Origin: an uncultured Thermococci archaeon
Lineage (GTDB): Archaea; Methanobacteriota_B; Thermococci; Thermococcales; Thermococcaceae
Direction: 5' to 3'
NCBI GenBank assembly: GCA_964487115.1
Contig: CAZAPD010000033.1
Coordinates: forward strand, 1-38,356
DNA length: 38,356 nt
The first letter of the stretch is position 1, and the number at the start of each line of letters is the position of its first letter. Of this stretch, positions 1-11,513 are shown one piece after another. The notes under the pieces were generated by a model. The model made no database searches and was not told where the DNA came from. It saw only the letters and a program-made list of their open reading frames with translations. A program made the position numbers and the translations under genes.

Positions 1-420
1 TTCTTTAAGGGCTTGAGGGAGCTTTTAAGAGAGTGTCATGGCAGAGAATGCAATTTAACTGACGTTCAGAATATCTTTGAGAGGGTTAGTAATCAAGATT
101 TGAACTGGTTCTTCAAAGAATGGTTTTATACTGCAAGAGTGCCCGATTATGAAGTAAAAAACCTAACCCTAATGCAGAAAGACAGTAAATATTCCCTAAC
201 TTTTGAAATTATTGACAAGAATAACTTCACAATGCCCCTCGAAGTTGAAGTAATAACACCAAAAGAAAAACTTGTCAAAAGGGTTTGGATTAAAGGAAAA
301 GCAAAGGTAAGTTTTGAATTAAATGATAAACCCACAAAAATAATCCTTGACCCAAACGAATGGATGGTGAATGAAAACAAAGAGCTGAAAGTTGAGGGTA
401 TACTGGTAACAATTGAGTAA
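1..420 (+). CDS. 3' part of an M1-family (aminopeptidase N-like) protein; gene begins before the window
   Basis: Frame is open from base 1 (FFKGLRELL...). 'F..GLR.....G....TD....FE..S.QDL.WFF.EW......P' is the typical end of the M1 helical region. It is followed by a beta-rich tail with 'PLEV' and 'IILDPNEW'. Confidence 0.75.
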   Translation, partial: FFKGLRELLRECHGRECNLTDVQNIFERVSNQDLNWFFKEWFYTARVPDYEVKNLTLMQKDSKYSLTFEIIDKNNFTMPLEVEVITPKEKLVKRVWIKGKAKVSFELNDKPTKIILDPNEWMVNENKELKVEGILVTIE

Positions 421-495
421 CAACAAACCAAAATATTATTGAGGCAAAATATTTTTCACAACGATACAATTAAAACATATAGTGAGGGCACAACA

Positions 496-2472
496 ATGAG
501 AGGTATAATATTTTCATGCCTCTTAGTTTTTCTCATTATAGGAATTTCGTTTGGCTGCATTTCAGGCAAACATACGTCACCGACTTCCACTGTAGAAAAT
601 ATTCAGACTTCAGAAAGCTTGCAACACATTAATGCAGATGCTTACAAAGACTGGCTCTACAACTCCACAAGGTACTTTGAAATTTATTATCCAAAAGAAG
701 TCTATGAAAACCCAATATTACAATCAAAGCTCAACATGCTCATTCTTGGAGCAGACAGCACTTATGAAAGCTATTCCAAGATTTTTGGAACCGAACCACA
801 GAAAGCAAAAATTTATCTTTACTCCTCAAAAGAAGAGCTCGAAAACATCACCGGGAGAAGCACCTTATGGTTTGTGAATTATCAGAAAAAGGAGATACAT
901 GTTGCTCTGATTGAAGAAAGTGGAATGTATGCATCTTTTGAAATCGCTTCAGCACTCTTGGAATTCGCAGCTGGCAAAAGGCTTCCAGATGTTCTTGCCG
1001 TTGGATTTGGAGTGCTGGACTTCAGGATACCAATGAGCACCCAAGAAAAAACTATCAAGTATGTGAGCATAAAGCAGTTAAAGTCATTGAAGCTGAGAGA
1101 AGAATACAATGAAACCTTATATGCTGAAGCAGGGGATTTGTTAAAATACATTGCAGATGTTTACGGTCCTCAAGCCCTAATAGAAGCACTAAGAGATGAA
1201 AATATCCCGAGTGTCAATGAAAAAGAATTCTGGAAATTTTTGGAAGTGGAAGAACATGAGACAGGCAACATAGAAAAAACGACAATAACTCTGAACATCA
1301 CAATGAAGCAGAAGAACTTTGAGGGCGCCGTAATTTACAGCAACGTTACCTCACAGCCGTACATATACTTCAGGAGAACACCGAGAATTAACATTAAAGA
1401 AATTAAAGTAAATGGTGAAAATGTTGACTTTATCCAGAGCTTTACACTGGTTATCTCCATGAAGAACTTCAAAAAGGGGAACATCGAAATCAAATACAGC
1501 GGAGACTATTCAAAAATCGAGAAAATAGCACCTAAAAGGGGATACATAGAGGGGCAAATTAAGGAGAATATTGCATTTTTAAGAGGCACATTTCTGCGTC
1601 CTATGCTGAACTCTGTTGAGCTGTTCAATGTCATCGAAGTTAGGGCTAAGACAGATTGGGGAATAGTTGTAGCTCCGGGTGAATTAATTTCCTCCAATGG
1701 AATGTTTGTCTGGAGAATTTCATTCCCTCATGGCTTTACCGGAGTAATCCCGGTATTCGCTGGAGAATTCAAAAAGATGGAGCTAATGAATGGTTACTTA
1801 ACGGTGTATTACATGGATATCGATGACGAAATCGCAAAGAAATACGCCAACCTCACTGCAGAAATCCTGAAGTTTGGAATACAGCATTTGGAAAGCCAGG
1901 ATATGGTAAAGTTAAAGTTGTTTTATCCTGAGGAAATAAGCATATCAAGCGTAATGCTCGACACACTTGCATACTCCCATAATCCACTGAAGTACAGATA
2001 CGGCTATGCCTATGAGATAGCACACTGGTGGGTTCCCGGAACAGTGACATTTGACGCAAACATGAGTCAATTCTGGTTCAATCTCGCATTTCCATGGTAT
2101 TATTCTCTAAAATATTCCCAAGCCATTTCACAGGAGAGTTATCGTGAATTAAGGAACTATGGAATTTCGAGATACCACAAAGCAACAAAATACGGAGAAA
2201 AAGACGTTCCATTAACAGAAATATGGAAAGTATGGAGAACAGATATCAACCTCTACTATGCCGTTGGTGCTTACAAAGGAGCATTAGTCCTTGAAAAACT
2301 TGAAGGGTATGTGGGTGAGAGGGTATTCCTCCAGTCTCTCAGAGAGTTCTTTGAAAAATACAGATTCAGAGAGGGAGATTTAAACGATTTTGTGGCAATA
2401 TTAGAAAAGAACTCAGGAAAGCCAGTTAAAGGACTCTTCCAGAATTTGACAGCGAGCACAGGGTTGCCTTAA
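496..2472 (+). CDS. Membrane-anchored (lipoprotein-like) gluzincin/M1-fold protein with degenerate zinc motifs
   Basis: ATG at 496 follows GAGGG. The signal peptide ends in a lipobox-like SFGC. Motif remnants are FEIAS (937-951), YEIAH (2011-2025), WFNLAF and YKGA. The C-terminus aligns by eye with the upstream paralog. Confidence 0.7.
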   Translation: MRGIIFSCLLVFLIIGISFGCISGKHTSPTSTVENIQTSESLQHINADAYKDWLYNSTRYFEIYYPKEVYENPILQSKLNMLILGADSTYESYSKIFGTEPQKAKIYLYSSKEELENITGRSTLWFVNYQKKEIHVALIEESGMYASFEIASALLEFAAGKRLPDVLAVGFGVLDFRIPMSTQEKTIKYVSIKQLKSLKLREEYNETLYAEAGDLLKYIADVYGPQALIEALRDENIPSVNEKEFWKFLEVEEHETGNIEKTTITLNITMKQKNFEGAVIYSNVTSQPYIYFRRTPRINIKEIKVNGENVDFIQSFTLVISMKNFKKGNIEIKYSGDYSKIEKIAPKRGYIEGQIKENIAFLRGTFLRPMLNSVELFNVIEVRAKTDWGIVVAPGELISSNGMFVWRISFPHGFTGVIPVFAGEFKKMELMNGYLTVYYMDIDDEIAKKYANLTAEILKFGIQHLESQDMVKLKLFYPEEISISSVMLDTLAYSHNPLKYRYGYAYEIAHWWVPGTVTFDANMSQFWFNLAFPWYYSLKYSQAISQESYRELRNYGISRYHKATKYGEKDVPLTEIWKVWRTDINLYYAVGAYKGALVLEKLEGYVGERVFLQSLREFFEKYRFREGDLNDFVAILEKNSGKPVKGLFQNLTASTGLP

Positions 2473-2543
2473 ACCTCTAGTTTTTCCATTTCATCCAATC
2501 ATTCCGAACTCTGCCTTTCTTGAAGCCTACTACTGTTTTTGAT

Positions 2544-2603
2544 TTAACATTTTTCTGTTAAGATAAACCTTAAAAACTTTAAATTTTTACATTTTTCTGG
2601 TAA
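2544..2603 (+). promoter_or_regulatory. purL promoter: BRE/TATA-like element flanked by two copies of an 18-bp imperfect palindrome
   Basis: TTAACATTTTTCTGTTAA at 2544-2561 and TTTACATTTTTCTGGTAA at 2586-2603 are 16/18 identical. AAACCTTAAAAA lies between them, and the RBS GGAGGTG precedes ATG 2620. Confidence 0.6.
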
Positions 2604-2619
2604 TAAAGGAGGTGTTTTC

Positions 2620-5759
<3,140 letters not shown>

Positions 5760-5811
5760 ACATGCTTATAAATGGTTAAATTTTATGCAAAAGAAAGTAA
5801 AGGTGATTGGC

Positions 5812-6735
5812 ATGTGGGAGAGATTCATAGATGAAAAGGTAAATGAAGTTAAGGAAAAGGTTGGGGATGGAAAGGCGATTATAGCTTTATCAGGAGGGGT
5901 TGACAGCTCAACGTGTGCAGTTTTGGCCCACAAAGCTATCGGTGATAAGCTCTATGCCGTCTTCGTTAATACAGGCTTCTTGAGGAAGGGAGAGCCGGAA
6001 TTCGTCATAGAGACATTCAGGAACGAGTTTGGCATAAACCTCATCTACGTCGACGCTCAGGAGCGCTTCTTTGAAGCGTTGAAGGGAGTGACAGACCCGG
6101 AGGAGAAGCGCAAGATAATCGGGAAAGTTTTCATAGACGTCTTTGAAGAGGTTGCCAATGAAATAAATGCTGACTTCCTAATTCAAGGCACCATAGCTCC
6201 GGACTGGATTGAAAGCCAAGGAAAGATAAAGAGCCACCACAACGTTGGTGGTCTGCCTGAGAGACTAAACTTGGAGTTAATTGAGCCGCTGAGGGATTTA
6301 TATAAAGATGAGGTTAGGGAAGTTGCTAAAGAACTTGGCCTTCCAGAGAGAATATACAGCAGGATGCCGTTCCCGGGGCCGGGCTTGGCTGTGCGCGTGC
6401 TTGGTGAGGTCACGCCCGAGAAGGTTGCGATCGTTAGAGAGGCCAACGCTATAGTTGAGGAGGAAATTGAGAAGGCTAAGCTAAAGCCGTGGCAGGCCTT
6501 TGCCGTCCTCTTAGGGGTTAAGACCGTCGGCGTGCAGGGAGACATAAGGGCTTACAAGGAAACAATAGCCGTTCGCGTAGTGGAGAGCCTTGACGGAATG
6601 ACTGCCAACGCTATGAATGTGCCTTTTGAAGTGCTACAGAAGATTGCCTTCAGGATAACGAGCGAGATCCCCGAGGTTGGAAGGGTGCTCTACGACATAA
6701 CAAACAAGCCTCCAGCGACGATTGAGTTTGAGTGA
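5812..6735 (+). CDS. guaAB: GMP synthase subunit B (ATP pyrophosphatase domain)
   Basis: PP-loop [36 protein letters not shown] and a C-terminal [23 protein letters not shown] precedes ATG 5812. Confidence 0.97.
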   Translation: MWERFIDEKVNEVKEKVGDGKAIIALSGGVDSSTCAVLAHKAIGDKLYAVFVNTGFLRKGEPEFVIETFRNEFGINLIYVDAQERFFEALKGVTDPEEKRKIIGKVFIDVFEEVANEINADFLIQGTIAPDWIESQGKIKSHHNVGGLPERLNLELIEPLRDLYKDEVREVAKELGLPERIYSRMPFPGPGLAVRVLGEVTPEKVAIVREANAIVEEEIEKAKLKPWQAFAVLLGVKTVGVQGDIRAYKETIAVRVVESLDGMTANAMNVPFEVLQKIAFRITSEIPEVGRVLYDITNKPPATIEFE

Positions 6736-6778
6736 ATTTCGATACTTTTATCAATTTTTAAAGTGAGATACCATTGGG

Positions 6779-6979
6779 GTGAAAGAGGTGGAGGTTATAG
6801 AAGTCGTGTATGAAAACGGCGTTCTCAAACCCCTGAAAAAGCTCAACCTTAAAGAGGGTGAGAAACTCAAAATTAAAATAATCACTGACAACATAGCAGA
6901 CTTCATCAGGAGTCTTGGGGGGGAAATCGAAAGACCACAGAAAGATCCGCTTGAAATACTTGCCGATGTGAGGGAGTAA
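6779..6979 (+). CDS. AF2212/DUF104-like antitoxin
   Basis: 66 aa with the family signature IEVVYENGVLKPL...L.EGE. Lies 1 bp upstream of a PIN-domain gene. The start codon is uncertain. Confidence 0.85.
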   Translation: MKEVEVIEVVYENGVLKPLKKLNLKEGEKLKIKIITDNIADFIRSLGGEIERPQKDPLEILADVRE

Positions 6980-6980
6980 T

Positions 6981-7418
6981 ATGAAGTTCGTGATTGATGC
7001 ATCTCTGCTCATTGATTCATTTTCGCTCTTTGATAAATCCCGAAGAGAGCTCTCTCTAAGGGTTTTTGATGCAATTAAGGCTCACGAGCTGTATGCACCG
7101 AAGCTATGCCAAGTTGAGTTTGTGAGTGTTCTCAGGCGTTTTACACCAGAAGAGAAGGTTCGACGATTCATGAACGTGTTCGACTTCATCACCCTTGTGG
7201 GCGAGTCAGAATTCTTTGAAGATGCTCTGGAACTTTCCTTCAAAATTCATTCTCGCGCGGCGGATTCTTACTATATATCAACCTCAAAAATTCTGAATGC
7301 CATTCTTTTAACCAATGATAGAAAAATGGCAGAAAATGCAAAAAAGTCTGATGTCAAAGCTTTTTACATTCTTGAGGAATTCGAAGAGTTTTTCGAATCG
7401 CTGGAGGTGGCAGAATGA
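6981..7418 (+). CDS. vapC: VapC-like PIN-domain ribonuclease toxin
   Basis: N-terminal VIDAS, a conserved E (QVEF), RAADSYY and LLTND give the PIN acidic tetrad; 145 aa. Confidence 0.88.
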   Translation: MKFVIDASLLIDSFSLFDKSRRELSLRVFDAIKAHELYAPKLCQVEFVSVLRRFTPEEKVRRFMNVFDFITLVGESEFFEDALELSFKIHSRAADSYYISTSKILNAILLTNDRKMAENAKKSDVKAFYILEEFEEFFESLEVAE

Positions 7419-7984
7419 TAATCATAATGGACAACCACGGACAATATGTGCACAGGATTTGGCGCACTTTGAGGTATTTGGGAGTTGAGGCGAAGATAAT
7501 CCCAAACACCACACCCTTAGAGGAAATTAAAGCCATGGAGCCAAAGGGTATAATCTTCTCAGGCGGACCTGACATAGAAAGAACTGGAAACTGCAGGGCA
7601 ATCTTGGAGCATTATGATGAGTTCAACGTACCTATTTTGGGCATCTGCCTCGGCCATCAGCTCATAGCCAAGCACTTTGGAGGCAATGTTGGACGTGGTG
7701 AAAAGGCGGAATACAGCCTCGTTGAGGTGGAAATCTTGGACGAAGATGACATATTTAAGGGCCTTCCAAAGCATCTCAAAGTCTGGGAGAGTCACATGGA
7801 TGAGGTTAAAACACTTCCCAGAGACTTTGAACTTTTGGCCAAGAGTGAATTTTGCCCAATTGAGGCTATGAAACACAGAGAACTGCCGATTTATGGAATA
7901 CAGTTCCACCCAGAGGTTGCACATACCGAAAGAGGGAGCGAAATCTACAAAAATTTTGCAATGCTCTGCGGCGAGCTTGAGTAA
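7415..7984 (+). CDS. guaAA: GMP synthase subunit A (class I glutamine amidotransferase)
   Basis: SGGP oxyanion motif, GICLGHQ nucleophile elbow, WESH.DEV and QFHPEV.H triad. Confidence 0.96.
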   Translation: MIIIMDNHGQYVHRIWRTLRYLGVEAKIIPNTTPLEEIKAMEPKGIIFSGGPDIERTGNCRAILEHYDEFNVPILGICLGHQLIAKHFGGNVGRGEKAEYSLVEVEILDEDDIFKGLPKHLKVWESHMDEVKTLPRDFELLAKSEFCPIEAMKHRELPIYGIQFHPEVAHTERGSEIYKNFAMLCGELE

Positions 7985-8081
7985 TTCTTTTCTACTCCCC
8001 TTTTTACAATCTCGACATGTAAAATAGAAAACTTTTTAACGTTTTGTATATTACTAATTTTTATCGTATGGAGGTGCGACT

Positions 8082-8357
8082 ATGGGTTACACCATATATT
8101 TCAAGACAGAAGTATCCAAATGGAATGAACTGAAAGGGTTTCTGGTAGAGATCTGCCACAACATCGGATTTGATATCGAAGTTCGAGAGGACGAGATTAT
8201 AGTGCAACCTCAGTTTCAAAAAGTTGAACCCCTCATAATAAGGAAAAAAGGGAAAAGCTCTGTAAAGACATACGGACTCGAACCATATACCTCACTCTAC
8301 AGGCTGATTCTCTATTCTCTCGCTTTATTTGGCTCAGTTGGTATCTCAGAGGATTGA
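8082..8357 (+). CDS. Small hypothetical protein (91 aa)
   Basis: Strong RBS GGAGGTG before the ATG, AT-rich promoter-like region upstream and protein-like composition. No motif recognised. Confidence 0.65.
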   Translation: MGYTIYFKTEVSKWNELKGFLVEICHNIGFDIEVREDEIIVQPQFQKVEPLIIRKKGKSSVKTYGLEPYTSLYRLILYSLALFGSVGISED

Positions 8358-9073
8358 GTATCAAAGAAAACCTCTATTATCCTCTTCGGCACTGCACCTT
8401 TTAACATTCTCTCCTCTATGAGGAGTTTCACAATTCTGCCCTTTTCCAAGTCCCCAACTTTGTCCACCCAATAATAACCCGGTTTCACATTTGCTGCAAT
8501 ATCATCATGAACATACACTTTGACAACGTCACCTTTTATCTCCTCTACAACCCCATATGTCCAATCACGGCCGTATTTTTCTTTAAAGAACTGTCGAAAC
8601 ATAAAAACAAGTATAAAAACTACTATCAGGTATGCATAATAATAGTAAGCAACTTTTGTCATTAGTTTAAGTATGACATATCCTTCAAAAGCCAAAAATG
8701 CTATAACCGAAATTCCATAATAAAAGTATCTGTAGGGTCTGAAATCCAAGAAGAAATACTGATTATTCAGTAAAATTTTGCGGATATAAAGGAAGTATAT
8801 AACTGAAACTACGAACAACCACATAAACTTATCCTGAATAAACAGTACAATAAGAAAATCAACAAATAAATAGCACAAAAATGCAAGCTGAAGCTTTAAA
8901 CTTAAAAACTCGTGAATAGTCACGTTTTTTCTTATTATTTTCCTTAAAAATCTAAACTTTGGCGGCGCTTTTTTGGGAACTGGAAAGAGCAGCTCTTTTA
9001 ACAACAAGATTAGTTTCATTGTAATTGATTCCACTCGCTCACCGATTATATAAAAAAAATCTACTATGTTCAT
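8312..9073 (-). CDS. DUF2101-like membrane protein (4 TM segments plus C-terminal beta domain), last gene of the pilin operon
   Basis: RBS GAGGTGA before ATG 9073; four hydrophobic segments; C-terminal 'KYGRDWTYGVVEE...V.V.DDI.ANVKPG.Y'. Confidence 0.75.
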   Translation of the reverse strand: MNIVDFFYIIGERVESITMKLILLLKELLFPVPKKAPPKFRFLRKIIRKNVTIHEFLSLKLQLAFLCYLFVDFLIVLFIQDKFMWLFVVSVIYFLYIRKILLNNQYFFLDFRPYRYFYYGISVIAFLAFEGYVILKLMTKVAYYYYAYLIVVFILVFMFRQFFKEKYGRDWTYGVVEEIKGDVVKVYVHDDIAANVKPGYYWVDKVGDLEKGRIVKLLIEERMLKGAVPKRIIEVFFDTQSSEIPTEPNKARE

Positions 9074-9077
9074 GATT

Positions 9078-11513
9078 TCACCTCTGAAGCAAATCTTGGG
9101 CTCCTTGTGTTCCAAATATAGCAATGGCAGTTTGGTTATCTAGGAATAGATACACATCGGATCTATCCGGCGTATCGGAAATTCCATAAACTCTATATCC
9201 TAAGACAGTTGATGCACTTCCAAAGTACTTCTGCAAGAAGTAGTAATCCACACTGCTTTCTTTATTGGAGCTTAAATCCGTTCCTGAAACACCAATAGTA
9301 GCCAACAAATTAAGGAGATTCTGGTCATATGGATTAGGCCCCGGGACCATAAAGCTTATCAGCCCTATGGGATAGTACTGGCTTCCGTATTTAACACCCA
9401 ATTCATCCTGCAATTGATCTGCAAGTAGTACATAGGCATTATGGTTTACATCGGTTCCTTCTAAACGCTCGAAGAATGACCATCCCCCATATACCCCAAA
9501 GTAACGGTTATCCAGTATGCAGTTTATGAAGGGCTGAATATCGTAGGCTCTGGCAGGGCCCACTGTTATAACGGTCTGAACAGGTCTTTGTTCTATTTGA
9601 TTGGATATTGTGGTTGTTGGCGGAATTGAGGCATATTTGCGGACACGTATCCAGTCAATGTATCCATATCTTGTAGTTGAATCTGTATCTGCTGCAATTT
9701 GAAGATAGAATGGATTGAGAGACGGAGAAACTGCTGCTGTAAGCCACGAATCAGTATAGGAATCCCAGAATTGTATCTGGGATCCAGTGTATATAATCTC
9801 AAATTCCTGCCAAGCTGTAGAGTATATCGGACTTCCCACTGCAGGATATGAACCATATATTCTGAGAGACTTGGCATCGTATGCAGTATAATACCAAAAT
9901 CCTCCATATCCATCATACCAAGCATACAGAGCAGAATTGCTAAGCCAAGGCGTAATGTTTGTAGGTACAAGTCCAATAGTCAAATCAGTATCGTAATAAT
10001 AGTAGCCTCCCAACCGCCAAACACCTTCAATTATTACATTCGGAGAAAAGGACCTGATTGTATTTATATAGTATCTATTATTCCAATTGCCCCACATCTC
10101 AATATATCCATTCGAAACAGCATATTGGTTTGTGTTAGTTATCCATTTTGTTGTGTTCAATGATGTACCACTGAAATCATCATAGAAGTCAAACACCTTA
10201 TTTGGATCTCCCAATGTTTCCGTTCCTGTTGAGTCAAAATAAATCTCAATGGTTATTGAAGAAGCGGCTGGAATTGTCACATTAACCCATATTATTGCTT
10301 CTCTATTAAGAGTATCCCATTTTTCAACCCAGAAATTAACTGGAACACAAGTATCATATGTTATGTATATAATGGGAATATTATCCCCATCGCTGTCTGC
10401 AGTAGTGAAAAATTCATTTAGTAGAGTTAGATTTGTAACATGAGAGCTATCAATATATATTGGAACTTGGAAATTTACTAAATTTGTAGCTAGATTATTT
10501 TGGATTGTGACATTAAACCTATATCCAAGAGAAGGATAGCACCAGCTGGAGTAGGCACTGCTACTTACACTTCCAAAGACCAGAACGCCCATATCACCAT
10601 CATTAAACACATCACTTGGAGATGTCCTCCTTCCTTCCAGAGTTGTGTTAAAAATAACTGGAGCAGTTGCATTAGTGGTTTCATTTGCAAGAACATAAGC
10701 TTCGGCACCGGTACCGGGATAGCTATCACCGAAATAAATCTTGTTGCTGGCTATAGTTGTAGAAAGTTCCCCAATGACCGGAGATTGAGTACTACTCCCA
10801 TTTCCATCTAATATTTTTAAGGGTTTGTTAAATAGCTGGGGAAACGCAAACTGACACGCTTTTATAGATCTTTGATATTTTCCTCCGGTATATGCTGAGA
10901 ACATAGGATCTTCAAGATTCCGAATGTCAATTATGGAATAGGTCCATCCACTTCTTGGTATTGTTCCAGAATAAACTACATTACCGTCTTCACTGCGTAT
11001 GGTAACATTTAATATTCTGGCTTTTATAACAATTCTAAACGAGTCTAACGGTGCCACTATTATCTCTACATGGTCCGCAATTGTTGAAGAATTGGGTTGT
11101 ATAAGAAATCCCTGTCTCTTGAGCACTAAACTTATATTAGATATCCAACTTTTAATATCTTGACCTGCCATAAGTGTGGATAACCTTGGATAATTCTGTA
11201 TTGAAGGGGAGGTACTGTTTATTATCAAATCTCTGATAGTATTATTAACTTTATATGTTGAATCAATAAAATTCCCACTTACTGCAACATAATCAACAAC
11301 AGCAACAATAGCCCTCTTACCTGAAATTTCTAACGCTCGTTGAAAATCCAGTTCCAAATAAGACACCATGTCAAAAGTACTCTCAAATTGCATCCGCTCA
11401 CTTTGGGCATGGATTATCTGATAGGACACATCCTCATACGTAGCTAACAGTAACATAAGAGGTATTAAAAGCAAAATAACAGTTGAATTTATTAAAAAGG
11501 CTCTCCTTTTCAT
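9078..11513 (-). CDS. Large class III-signal (pilin-like) surface protein with an internal DUF2341 plus ConA/LamG-like module
   Basis: N-terminus MKRRA|FLINSTVILLLIPLMLLL. Internal 'NFQVPI...FWVEKWD...IIWVNV.IPA......IYF' and 'FDFYDDFSG..L...KW ... DWIRVRKY'. Confidence 0.75.
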   Translation of the reverse strand: MKRRAFLINSTVILLLIPLMLLLATYEDVSYQIIHAQSERMQFESTFDMVSYLELDFQRALEISGKRAIVAVVDYVAVSGNFIDSTYKVNNTIRDLIINSTSPSIQNYPRLSTLMAGQDIKSWISNISLVLKRQGFLIQPNSSTIADHVEIIVAPLDSFRIVIKARILNVTIRSEDGNVVYSGTIPRSGWTYSIIDIRNLEDPMFSAYTGGKYQRSIKACQFAFPQLFNKPLKILDGNGSSTQSPVIGELSTTIASNKIYFGDSYPGTGAEAYVLANETTNATAPVIFNTTLEGRRTSPSDVFNDGDMGVLVFGSVSSSAYSSWCYPSLGYRFNVTIQNNLATNLVNFQVPIYIDSSHVTNLTLLNEFFTTADSDGDNIPIIYITYDTCVPVNFWVEKWDTLNREAIIWVNVTIPAASSITIEIYFDSTGTETLGDPNKVFDFYDDFSGTSLNTTKWITNTNQYAVSNGYIEMWGNWNNRYYINTIRSFSPNVIIEGVWRLGGYYYYDTDLTIGLVPTNITPWLSNSALYAWYDGYGGFWYYTAYDAKSLRIYGSYPAVGSPIYSTAWQEFEIIYTGSQIQFWDSYTDSWLTAAVSPSLNPFYLQIAADTDSTTRYGYIDWIRVRKYASIPPTTTISNQIEQRPVQTVITVGPARAYDIQPFINCILDNRYFGVYGGWSFFERLEGTDVNHNAYVLLADQLQDELGVKYGSQYYPIGLISFMVPGPNPYDQNLLNLLATIGVSGTDLSSNKESSVDYYFLQKYFGSASTVLGYRVYGISDTPDRSDVYLFLDNQTAIAIFGTQGAQDLLQR

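Noticed and set aside
6736..7418. Insertion sequence or integrated element carrying the TA pair
   Set aside because: No transposase, integrase, terminal inverted repeats or target duplication were seen.
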